Shown here one piece after another: positions 11,770 through 23,574 of a DNA stretch of 64,000 bases (the first letter of the stretch is position 1; each line of letters opens with the position of its first letter). The stretch covers positions 1 through 64,000 of the forward strand of contig KZ538286.1 in NCBI GenBank assembly GCA_000934665.2. The letters are read 5' to 3'. The notes under the pieces are model-generated. The model was not told where the DNA came from. It was given only the letters and a program-made list of their open reading frames with translations, and did not search any database. This DNA comes from Catajapyx aquilonaris. Lineage: Eukaryota. Both the position numbers and the translations under genes were made by a program.

Positions 11770-14434
11770 AGGTACTTTTCTTCGGGTCAACCAAGAGATG
11801 ACCTTTTTTAACACCTGTATAATTATTTCAGAGCCAATGTACCGCCCTGGTCAATCAGCCTACGTGTCCCCCAAGTAGGCGCCAATGGTCAGCACTGGCG
11901 CTCTTCGTGGTGTGAATCTCCGGTGCGCTGCTTCGTGGCACCAAAAATGGTCTGCCGAAATCAATTGTCCAGCGTCTGTTCAATTCGCCCATTGTTGGCG
12001 GAAAAGGAAGGCCATCGCCTGAGCTGGAGTTCCAGGCTTGTTCCCAGTTTTGTAAAAAGCACCAGAATAATATTGCGCGAATGTGCGCAATCGCTTCCTG
12101 TATCTTGGAGGAAAGGTGTGTACCACAACAGTACAGTGCTGGACATTAATGGTGGCGCCACGAGCCGTGAAAAGAGCGAATCGAAATATTCCCTCCGGAT
12201 GACCAAAGATCCCAAGTGAAGGTGGTCATCCGGATTGAAAATTTCCACGAATACCACTGTTAATGCCCAGCACTGTACAGTATGTCAATTGAACCACAGG
12301 GTGATCCAAAATGAATCACGATTTTTTTTTTTTTTTTGTAAATCCTTCCTCTTTCCTCCAAGACAATGCCCATCTTGAAAGGAAGGTAGCTCCACCTGGT
12401 ACATCTCAAAAAGGAGCCGAATTAACTACAACTTACTGCGAAAGACACGGAGAAGTTACACCAATTTGTAGAGTTGTAATCATGAGGAGTCGTATTACAC
12501 CACTTGCATGTTCTGTCTTTTTAGGAGCAAATGTTCGTACTTTCTGCTTCTGAAAATGATCTGGGGGTTAAATTTTTTATGTATGGATGAGAGAGAGGGT
12601 TTTTAAACCAGGGAAAAAAAATTACAGCGACGTAAGTGTAAAGAAGATTGCCTTTTTGATGTTTGACATAGTTTTTTTTATTATTCAGTATACATTTTCC
12701 TTGCTCTTGAGCGAATGAGCGTGTATACTGCGGTTGCCTCAAGTGTGTCGGAAGCACTCACGCAAGCTCAATCGCACAGTTCCTAAGTCTTCTTTATAAA
12801 GTTGTTGTAATTTCACTGCCGAATATTTTATGAATCAAGGCCCGTTTCCGTCAGTACAACGTCCAGAATATTTTTGTAGCATTTTCAGTCCCAACAGTTG
12901 TACGTAATTCCACTGGTTAAATGTGTGCCGGAATTGGCTGTTCATTATCTGTAATTGTTCCTTGCTGATGGAAACTGGCCTGTAAAGTAGCACAACATAC
13001 AAAATATTAGTTTTTATGGGGAAGGCAGAGATGTGTATATAATAGATATGCCATCATTAATATGTTGTTACATGAAGAATCTTCATTTCGAAATACAACT
13101 AGTAAGAGTCTCGAGTTCCACTTACTGTATGGCAGCTCCCATGTAGTACCTGCTGACGTAAACCTTTGAATAGCGTTAGCCCTTTGTAAAAACCTGCAGT
13201 AAATTTTACGAAGGGAGTAATTGGGTTTTCAGGTTGATGCTGGAGATCAACAGATTCCTGAGAGAACAATTATTGGGAGCGTGGGTGTTGAGAGGAAAGG
13301 AACAAAATAATGGCCGTGAAAGAAGCGATTTGTTCAATGGCTTTTGTGTTGTCCTAGGTTCAGGTGTAGGACACGTCAAGGGTAACTTGCCCCCAACTTC
13401 TTAAGAAACTGGGCACACACAATTCTGCTTATCCTGATTGTCAAGAGCAACCCACATATAAGGTGCACGCTTAAAATTGCCTAGCTGCCAGGATAAGTTT
13501 TGCAAATTCACCGTGTACGTCACTATGTATTTGATCCAATTCGATCCAAGGTACAGAAATGTAGAATGTCCCCCAAAAAATAGGTCAAGCACTGTAAACA
13601 TGAATTTAATGACCTGCCTGCCTGGCATCAGAAGCTGTCACTCTAGCCCATCCATAACTTGTATGCTGCACAACACGTAACTCCACTATAATTAGGCCAA
13701 GAGAGTGCAACTCCTTACAGTGAGGGCTGTCACTATGGGAAAGGTGAGTATGGGGATTGGTGGATCGGGTTGAGTCTATGGCAATAACAGTTGCATCGTA
13801 AGTTCTTCCACTGAGATTACATATGGTGACATGATCAAGGCCCATTGGGAATAAAACCTCAGGCGTATCATTAGACAAAGTTAATCCTTAAATAAACAAA
13901 TGTCTCAGCATTTCATGTTGCTGAATGGTAGAAAAAATGATGAAGTGAAACCTGCCCATACCCACATCTTGGGTGCAACGAAGCTATTCCCATTCCAAGA
14001 AGGACTAGTATAACTCAAGCTCTTCTACTGGAACATGTGCGCAAGACATACCAGTAACGACATCATATTCAGTTGCCGTTAGTGCAAAAGACTAGTTGTA
14101 GTGTCAATACATTTTGGATGTGCAAAGACCTCCCATCAGTGTGACAACACATTTAAGAGTAAAGTTCACTGGTTTCGCAAAAGGTCTGAATCTACATGCC
14201 CAGTAATATAATTTGGGGACAGCCTTTCGTTAACATTGTTGAACAAGAATTGTTGCCATTGAAAGAGTGCACAAGATCTGATTCCGCCACTTTGGCATCA
14301 TTTTCAGTACTAAGTTATGATTTGTGACTTGCAAGCCTGTCTACAACCTACAAAAAATGCAAAGTGGTGTCAAGATGTCTAATTTTGAACCTTAAAAAAA
14401 TTAATCGCAGCTTGAATCTACAACCTATCCTTTA

Positions 14435-14560
14435 GGGCCGGTTTCACCGAGCTCAGTATATGATAAAACCACGGTTCTTTAGCAAAAACCCTATCTATTT
14501 GTATGGATTTTCCTAAAGAAACCTGGTTTTATCATATACCAAGCTCGGTGAAACCGGCCC
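14435..14560. mobile_element. PIF/Harbinger (Tourist)-like MITE, 126 bp
   Basis: TIRs gggccggtttcaccgagc...tatatgataaaacca / tggttttatcatata...gctcggtgaaaccggccc, with a TTA target-site duplication at 14432-14434 and 14561-14563. Confidence 0.88.
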
Positions 14561-14923
14561 TTAGTGACCAGTCCTAAGCTTCCTTTTATCCTCTCCCTTT
14601 ATACATCAGGATCACTTTCCCATTTTTACACTATGTACAGTCACTTCCTTATCACTCTTTACTGGTACTTTTCAACCTTCCGACTTTTCCTTTTCAAGAA
14701 TGGCTACCCAGATTGTCTTAGTTCCACCTGATTTTCCATTGAGCTATGGGCAGGTTTCACTTCAATTCCGTAACACATTATGTCTTCCACACGATACCAC
14801 ATGCACATTTTAGCTGCATGCAAATCGTCTTTTTTAAACGTTCTTTGGAAACATAGCACCTTGACATCTACACTATGGATTCAAAACAATGAACAGCTAC
14901 AGCAAACTACAAGAAAAGTGTTG

Positions 14924-17900
14924 CTATGTGTCTTCTTGATCTTCCTGTTCATTCCTGGAGCGGTTACCCGCACCTGAAACAAGACGGAGACTGTTAGTAA
15001 ATGCGTTTTATGCCATCACAACACAATGTAGAGATATGTTGAACTCACCTCGCCGAATCTGATTAAGGCAAGCCAGCATTCTGATCATGAAAGAAGCTGG
15101 CACAGTGATCGTGTCCCGCGTTTCTTCAAGCATGACTTCGTTCCTCTTTGTCAGCTGTAAATATTGAAACTTAACCCAAGCTCCTTACCTGATTAGCAAA
15201 GAAGGTGTGCAAGAGGGCTCACCACATCAGCCAATTGTCGGTCAAAGCAAGGCTCCTCCAGGACTGGCGCCCACAGCTTCACGTCGTAATCAATTCCAGA
15301 AGTAGCGAGTATGGGCTCAAACGGGTGCGGCTGCAGGCAGTTGACCACATGCCTGTCTGCCTCGAGTAGCATGACCAGCTCAGTGCTGTGTCGGTCCCAC
15401 ACAAAAACATGCCCACAGTCAGACCCAGACAGCACAAAGTCATCTCCCCAGAAGGTGGCCTCCTTGATCATTGTCCTGTTGGATTTAAAATTAAATTAAT
15501 TCACAGGTGCAACTATCGATATCTGCATCAGCTTAGAAGTGCATTTACGCTAAAGGCACAGTCACAATGTTTAGTGTCAGTTGCCTAGGTCTTTACCTGG
15601 AATTGCGATGCCCAGTGTACTTCTTCTTCACTCTTGGCTGCGGGACAGTCTTCTGATCATTGCTGCTCTTCTTTCCTGACCGCAGCTTCTGAATCGCTTC
15701 TTCCATGTGTTGCTCCATTGCATGCATTCTGAAATTCACAAGTGTCTCAAGTATTTCTGGAGCCTGCCATTTAACGCATGAATTAATAAGAAGCTATGGA
15801 ATACAAACCCTCTCTCAACTCGTGACTTGTAGGCAGGTTCTCCATCTTCATGCTGCCCCTCCTCCTCTTCCCCTTCATCGTCATCTTCATCCTCGCCTTC
15901 AGTGTCTGGAAGTATAGGTCCTGTCATATGAACCGCATTTTGTTTTCCTCGCCTAATTCCTACCTGAGTCGCTGCATTGCCTTCCACTTGCGAAGCCGCG
16001 GACTGCTGCGGAGCCCTGGACTGCTGTGGACACCTTCCCGCTGCTACCTGGCAAGCATGCTGTTGGGGATTCTTGGCATGAAGGCTGTGCTGGAGGGGAA
16101 GGGGGTGTTACGGACACAGCCAGGGAAGGGGACTGAGGAGCAGGGTCGGATGGGGCGGCATCGACTTCCATGGGAGGGAACTCAGGGAGCATGGAAGGAG
16201 CAGGCAGGGCAGCCTCAGGTGTGGAGGCAGGCTCAGACGTTGGAGCAGAAGGTGGTGGTGTAAAGGCAGCGGCAGGAGTAGGCTCGGCAGGTGGAGAGCT
16301 GTTGGAGTTGGCAGGTTGCTGATTGACGTCATTCGCCACCGTTACTGCAATCAAGCCACTCAACGACCCCTTGGATGAGTAGGTTAAGCTCACTGCAGGC
16401 TCTGAGTTGTGCCTTCAAAGAGAAAAGCCAGAACAGTATGTGCACATAATGCTTTCACGGTGAAGGTGCGTTTGCATGTGAGTGATTTGACGAGCCTGAA
16501 ATCAACAATCAATTTTCGCCTCAAACAACAGTGGTTACTTGGGTTACTCACCCTCGGCGAAGATTTCGCTCGTCAAACCGCTCACATGTAAACACACCTT
16601 AATGCTTACATGTCAATAAAATTTTCCCTCATAGAAGCCAGCTGATCGTGTAAAGAATCGACACCTTGCTGCTGTCCTTCTGTCCCTTCACTCCTTGAAC
16701 CCGCTCCCTCCGGCTGCGCTCCGTCCGCCTGATCTCCCACCTCCATGTGCTCAGTCGCTCTGTCTTCTTCCTCCTGCTGCGGTGGAGCAGGTGGGGAGGT
16801 TGGAGGTGGCGGAGTGGACAAATCCAACGCGCCTCGTTGCGAACCGCCTTCTTCTTGGTGACCTGACGAGGTGCTAGCAAGAGGAGAGGGTGGAGACGGA
16901 GGTGGCTCCTGGTCAGCATCCCCTCCTGCCTGCCCTTCTGTGCCACCGCCGCTGAGTGCAGCACGGGTGGATGGGTCGTTAAGCATGCGGGAGAGCACGT
17001 TGGTCATATGCTGCATCAGAGTAGCATGCAGAGTCGGCCTAGCCTGCGCTATTTCCCCCGTCTGTCCCCCCCGTGCCTCTCTCTCTGGTCTGGCATCGGG
17101 ACCTGTGTCTGACCAGTCTCCTCTCAGGCGCAGGCGCTTCAAAGGCGGCGGCACCTTGGTGCGCTTCTTTTTGAACATCGACTTGTGGAACAATCCTGCT
17201 GACTTTTTCAGGCACTTGGGCTCGTTCTCCATATTCTGCATGCGGAAGGAAAGGGTTAGATACCTGCTGGAAATGCAAAGATGCGTGGGACTCACAGTGA
17301 CAGAAAAGAGGTACAGGTAATCAGACGAGTAGCTAGCCAGGACATCCGTGCCCTGGGGACTGTAGGCCAGGGAGGTAATGCGGTATGAGCGGTTCTCAAA
17401 TTCAGGGACAGTGAAGCGATACAGGAGGGCATCAGACGCATTCCTGGAGAAACCATCTGAAATAGCATTTTTTGCATTTATGAGTGCTCCGACAGCTTAA
17501 AAATTAAAGAAGTACCTGTGGCCCTGGTGCCCAACATGCGCCTGTCAAATATCTTGACGGAGCTGTCCGAACAGCCCACTGCCAGCTGGTACGGTAGGAG
17601 AGGGCTCACAGCTATTGACGTCACCGCCCACCTACAATAAATCAAGATGTCCTGCAAGCGGAAAATAATGTCCCGGATCAATAACCTGCCCGCACTCTTT
17701 ATCAGTCTGCACATTATCTGCAGAAGTCTGACCTCATTGCAATCTGCCTTATTGCATGCATCCTTGACCCGCAGGTCAAACCAGCGGACAGTCCCATCTT
17801 CACCGCAGCTGAGGAAGGAGTGGGGGTCGTTCGGGGCAGTCACTATCTCGTAGACAGTTCCCGAGTGGCAGTTGAACTGGTTATACATGGTCTGGTCCTG

Positions 17901-18492
17901 CTTCTCCAAATCTGGCGAAACAATATGGCGCATTAATTCCGGAAGTACAAATACAATTGACCCAATAAGCTCCAACCTGTATAGAGGATGATCCCATCGC
18001 CAGAGCAGGACACAACCTTGCGGTCGCTGCTGTTGGGCAAAAACTTTGCACTGAATATGTTGGCACGATGTGTCGTCTTGATATCGGTCAGCACCTGTCG
18101 AAACAGCGTTTTAGAGACCTATCGTAGCAGCCTAGGCTTGGTAGCCTTAAAATGCGGTAGTCATACCTTGTACTTGTACCCATCCGTAATGATGAGATGC
18201 TGGTCGTCGGAGCCTGACAGCAGCAGATCCCCAGTCTGGTTCCAGCTGATTGTGTTGACGCAGCCGTTGTGGATGGACAGCCTCCGCAGAAGGGACATGC
18301 GCTGGACCAGCTCCTTGCTGTCTGCTCAAACGGACCGCATCGTTAGAACCATAATATTATTAAACCCACTGCAAGAGTACCACCACCTTTAGCGCTGCTG
18401 TACAGCTTGACCCGTGTGTTTGCATCGTACGGGTAGTCGTACAGGTTGTGGAAGAGCCGGTGCCTGTGGCCCGTTGGGGACGTCCCGCTCAT
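14924..18492 (-). CDS. DCAF6: DDB1- and CUL4-associated factor 6 (WD40 protein, IQWD1/NRIP-like)
   Basis: Diagnostic motifs [11 protein letters not shown]...[109 protein letters not shown] at 18492, TAG at 14924-14926. Confidence 0.93.
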
Positions 18493-18696
18493 GCCTTCCC
18501 TCCTCTGTCAGGGGCAGCCCCCTCTGACCTCTGACCTCTCTAGGCGACAACCGGACAGGCTCCTGCCATCATCATCATCATAGAGAGACCTGCACTATGA
18601 ATAGACAGGCAGCCCTTTATCGCGTCACGGCTTTGAAAATCGCGCTTGCAGGAGGGGAAGCAGCTTGTTTTCGTAACCGCGATTGTTGGTCTACCA

Positions 18697-19573
18697 CAGG
18701 GTGTGCCAAAAATCATGTGCCTGAAATATCAGGTGTCGAATAGCCCTCCTATTCATTTACAATAATGGTTACTGCGGTAACTGCACTACACTTGTAGACT
18801 TTTCCTCATCAAAAAAAATTGCAAATCACAAAAGCGTGGTTCGAGTAGACTTTTCCTCATCGGAAAAAAAAAACCAAAATGGTCAAATCACAAGAGCTGT
18901 GATTCGAGTAAACATTTTCTCGTCGGGAAAAAAACAAGATTGACAAATCACTATAGAGCGTGATTCGAGTATACTTTTCCTCATCGGTAAAAAGATTGGC
19001 AAATCACAAGAGCGTGATTCGAGTAGACTTTTCCTCATAAAAAATTGCAAATCACAAAAGCGTGGTTCGAGTAGACTTTCCTCATCGAAAAAAAACACCA
19101 AAATGGGCAAATCACAAGAGCTGTGATTAGAGTAAACTTTTTCTCATCGGAAAAAACAAGATTGACAAATCACTAGAGCGTGATTCGAGTAGGCCTATAC
19201 CTTTCCCCATCTGATTTTTGGGGGGAAATCACGAGCGTGATTCGAGTAGACTTTTCCTTGTCGAAAAAAAAACATTAATGACATATCGCAAGGGCAAGAG
19301 TAGACTTTTCTCATCGGAAAAAAACAAAACAAAAACAGAATGGCAAATCACACAAGAGCGTTATTCGAGTAGACTTCTTCTCGTCGCAAAATAATGCCGG
19401 GCCAACCACCCGTGTCGTATCGGGGGTTTTATCAGCCTCATTTTCTACAACCTATTGAGAAAAAGTCTACTCGAATCACGCTTTTTGCCAGCAATATAGC
19501 TGTTTATTCATGTTCATGTTCAGTGCACTATATTGTCTATTATCACTCATCGTATTGTTGATGGCACACCCTG
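18697..19573. mobile_element. Non-autonomous DNA element with 12-bp TIRs carrying an internal ~55-60 bp minisatellite
   Basis: cagggtgtgcca (18697-18708) and tggcacaccctg (19562-19573) enclose about 11 units of aaatcacaagagcgtgattcgagtagacttttcctcatcggaaaa plus one inverted unit at about 19458-19485. TSD unclear. Confidence 0.7.
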
Positions 19574-20088
19574 TACTATATATCGGCACATATTCGCCTA
19601 GAAAGCAGCAAATTTGAGGGAAGAGACGAGACCGGTTCTAAATATAAATCCGGCATATTTCTGCTGCCAACATGTCTATTTTTAACTCCTCATTTTGCCT
19701 TTCCCTCACTTATTTAACCTCCAAGTAAATTCAGCATGCAGGTGCTTATACCATCATTTTGAAAAATTCGCCAATAATTTTTAGGGTGTCGCAAAATGTA
19801 GGCCTACGCTGCCAAAAAAATTTTGTTACTTATTATTATTATTATGGCTATATATTCCGAACACCCGGCAAATCGCGGCTACTGGCCGAATGTAGCGCTT
19901 TAATTTGCAATGACCGTCGCAGTGGGTGGGTGGGTGGCTCCCCAATTTTAATTACTAGAATCCCAAAAGGTCACGGTTCCAATCGGTGCCAGTCAGACCC
20001 AGAAATCCGCCATAGAAACCGGCAAATAAATTCGCGAGTCGCAGTTTTTTTTGTTTTTTTTTGCAATATGAAGGTGACAGGACGATCC

Positions 20089-20126
20089 TATCGATATGTA
20101 GTGCGCCACTTGGTATAGTATCGATT
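20089..20126. promoter_or_regulatory. DRE (TATCGATA) housekeeping promoter motifs between divergent DCAF6 and WDR3
   Basis: TATCGATA at 20089-20096 and TATCGATT at 20119-20126, just upstream of the probable WDR3 non-coding exon 1 (donor gtgaga at about 20216). Confidence 0.55.
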
Positions 20127-20307
20127 TGTACTATTGGGATCGTCCAACCACGCTGGTTTCTCCAGCATGACTGAGATTGTACTTGCTGTGGTCTAATTAC
20201 GTCGGTACAGAAGAGGTGAGACTAATTAACAGGGTTGGATGTAACATTACAACAACATACATGGGCATTGTCATATGCAAATTGGGAATTATTAGTCAAA
20301 CAAGTTT

Positions 20308-20460
20308 GGCAAATCACAAGAGCGTGATTCGAGTAGACTTTTTCTCATCGGAAAAGGCACAGGAGCGTGATTCGAGTAGACTTTTCCTCATCGGAAAAGG
20401 CACAGGAGCGTGATTCGAGTAGACTTTTTCTCATCAAAAAACCCATATTGGCAAATCACA
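20308..20460. repeat. Second array (3 units) of the same minisatellite, in the WDR3 5'UTR intron
   Basis: gagcgtgattcgagtagactttt(c/t)ctcatc occurs three times, ending just before the ccag acceptor at 20470. Confidence 0.9.
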
Positions 20461-20485
20461 TTGTTTCCAGGTATTGCGACGTACG

Positions 20486-23400
20486 ATGGGACTGACCCGA
20501 CAGTACTTGCGGTACGTGCCAGGCACTTTCTTCAATGTGATTGGGAGCCAGAGGTGCAACTTGTGCTTTGTGGGTCTGAAGGATGGAGAGGCGGCCAGAT
20601 ACGTTGCGGTTGGGGCTTGCGAGAATGTGTACGTTTGGGATCTGCGGCTTCAGATGAAGGTGAGCGGTGCGATCCGTTGCGGGAAGGAGGTTTGATCATG
20701 CGGATTTGTTTCAGGTGCTGGAGTTGAACGGGGAGAAGCATGAGGCGAACGTGCTTTGTCCCGGGTTGGAGGGAAGGACGCTGGCCGTAGGCTATGCGGA
20801 TGGGTGCGTACGGGTGTTTGACTTGCGCAGTGGGGAGTGCCTGTTGACGCTGCAGGGACATCGATCCGGTGTCACAGCATTGGTGTACGACCACTCAGCG
20901 CTCAGACTTGCATCGGGGTCGAAGGTTAGTCGTATTAGACCGTTGAGTTGGACATGGCCTGATTTGTTTCCATCCTGAAGGATACCAGCATTGTGATGTG
21001 GGACACTGTGAGCGAGTCGGGGCAATTCAAGCTGCTGGGCCACAAAGGACCGATAACCCAAGTGGAGGTTATGCGGACACGGAATGTCCTGGTGTCCAGC
21101 TCCAAGGATTGCTTCGTGAAGCTGTGGGACCTGGACACCTGCCACTGCTTCCGGACCCTGCTGGGTCACCGCAGCGAAGTATGGGGATTCCTCCTGGTCG
21201 CGGATGACACGAGGCTGATCACCGCCTGCTCAGACAGCGAACTGAGGGTTTGGAAGGTGGAAGAAGGAGCGGGGCATGGGAAGGAGAAGAAGCCGAAGCT
21301 GGACAGTGACGAGGACAGTGACGAGGAGGAAGAGGACGACAGCATTCTGAGCCTGGTCAAAGCAGGTAGCATAATGCGACGAGGGCGGGACCGTGTGACC
21401 TCCCTTGTGTGCGACCCCTCCGGGCAGCTGGTCGGATGTCACGGGGCGGATTCCACCGTCGAGCTGTTTTGGATCTGTGGAGAGGACCAGGCAAAGAAGA
21501 GGCTGCTGAAGAGGGCTAAGAAAGAGCGGAAGAAAAGGGCTGCTGAGAAGGAGGAAGACGATGAAGATGACGAGGAGGACGGGAACCAGGATGGAGACGT
21601 TCAGGTGATTCGGTCTCTACGAGATGAAGTCATGCGCTTGCCAGCCATCAAAGTGTCGTCAAAGGTCAAGTCACTGGCTCTACACTTGGATTACAACAAA
21701 GCAGCTAAGGTGGAGCACACAGGGTATACACATACGGGCATGGTTTAAAATATAATTGCATTTTTGAAGGTTGGAATGCTGCTGAACAACAATTCAGTGT
21801 TGCTGTACTCCATGTCGGTGGCCGAGAAGGATGCGGAGGCCTCCCTCACCTACAGCCTCCACCAGGACGGACATCGCACTGACGTCCGAACAGTGGCCTT
21901 CACCAGCGACGATATGGCCATGATGTCTGTGAGTCCCGACAGCCTGAAAGTGTGGAACCGACTCTCCATGCAGTGCATCCGCACCATCAGCAACAGTGAA
22001 TACGGACTTTCCTGCCTCTTCGTGCCGGGAGACCGTCATGCGGTGGTGTCCACAAAAGGTGGGAAGCTCCAGGTCTTTGACATCCCCTCGGCTGGATTGC
22101 TGGAAGAGATTGAGGCCCACGAAGGAGAGGCCTGGACCGTGTCTCCATTGCCTGGCGGACGAGGGTTTGTGTCCGGCGGAGCAGACAAGATGGTCAAATT
22201 CTGGGACTACCAGCTTGTCGGGGATATCAAGCAGCTCAGCGTGGTGCACACACGCACACTGCAGATGGACGAGGGTGTCCTGTGCGTGAAGGTCACTGAT
22301 GACCACAGGCTTATTGCTGTTGCACTGCTTGACAGCACAGTTAAAATCTTCTTCGTGGATACTCTCAAAGTAAGTACTTTTAACAGTATTTTCAGGCATT
22401 ACTTTCAACACGTCTTCGTTTCAGTTTTTCTTGTCGCTGTACGGCCACCACTTGCCAGTATTAAGTTTATCGACAAGCACTGACTCCACCCTGGCCGTGA
22501 CTGGAGGTGCAGACCGCCACATCAAGATATGGAGCCTGAACTTCGGCGAGTGCCTAGGCTCCCTGCTGGGTCATGACGACAGCATCACCTGCGTGCAGTT
22601 TGTTCCCAAAACGCATCTGTTCTTCAGCTGCGGGAAGGACGGGCAGGTGAAGCAGTGGGATGCGGATCGCAGAGGAACTCTCATCCTGACCCTGGAGGGA
22701 CACCGAGGCGAGTGTTGGTCCCTGGCTGTCAGCAATTCTGGAAGACATGTCCTATCAGCCGGACATGACAGGTCGTTGCGGTTGTGGCAACGCACTGCAG
22801 AGCCGCTGGTGTTGGAGGACCAGAGGGAGGAAGAACGGGCGGAGAAGGATGACCGGCAAAGGATGGCTGCTGGCGAGGAGGCAACAGTTGCTGGGGAGGA
22901 CGCAGGGGTAGAGCTGGCCAGGGCGTCCAGGAAGACGCTTCTCACTGAAAAGGCGGCCGAGCGTCTTCTGGAAGGCTTGGATGTGTACAAGGACTACAGC
23001 CAACGACTGGAGGAGCAAACTAAGCTGGGTCTGGCCGCTCCTGAGATCCCAGCTCTGATGGCTGCCTACGAGGCAAACACTCCTGAACTGTTCATGCTGG
23101 CCGTGTTGAGGAGGATCAAGTCGAGCGAGTTGGAAGAGGCTCTTCTGGTGCTGCCGTTCTCATATGTGGAAACTCTCCTGCGAGTACTGCGATCCATGCT
23201 GACCCGCGGATGGGAGATTGAGCTGGCCAACCGCTGCCTCTTTTTCCTGCTCCGAATTCACTGCGGGCAGATCGTTGCCAACCACACTCTGCTGCCTGTT
23301 ATCGACGAGGTCCGCACGCTGGCAAGGTCGAGGCTGACGCAAATCAAGGTGAGTTGACATGTCATTAGACGCGCCAGAATTGTTACGAAGGTATATGTTG

Positions 23401-23574
23401 CAGGATAACGTTGGGTTCAATCTGGCCGGATTGACATTCCTGCAGAGGCAACTGGAGGAGAAGGAATCGGTCCACCTGTTCCAAGATGCAATGCTGACCA
23501 CAAAAGACAGGAAGAGGAAGCGGAAAAAGAAGGAGCGATTGCAGAAAGCTCATGCTTTGGTTATACACCAATAA
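20486..23574 (+). CDS. WDR3: WD repeat protein 3 / UTP12-Dip2 (SSU processome)
   Basis: N-terminus MGLTRQYLRY, many WD40 repeats (GHRTDVR, FFLSLYGH), C-terminal Utp12 domain (SSELEEALLVLPFSYV...DNVGFNLAGL). Short GT-AG introns. Confidence 0.95.

Noticed and set aside
12380..12445. Genuine let-7 family precursor
   Set aside because: The upstream GAAGGTAGCTCC does not match mature let-7 and does not pair with the star-like arm.
12714..12756. SECIS-like ATGA...GA hairpin in the lin-28 3' UTR
   Set aside because: No apical AAR motif, and lin-28 has no in-frame TGA.
18790..19390. CRISPR-like array (palindromic repeat with variable spacers)
   Set aside because: The spacers are homologous A-rich variants rather than unique sequences, the context is eukaryotic and there are no cas genes. 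It is a minisatellite.
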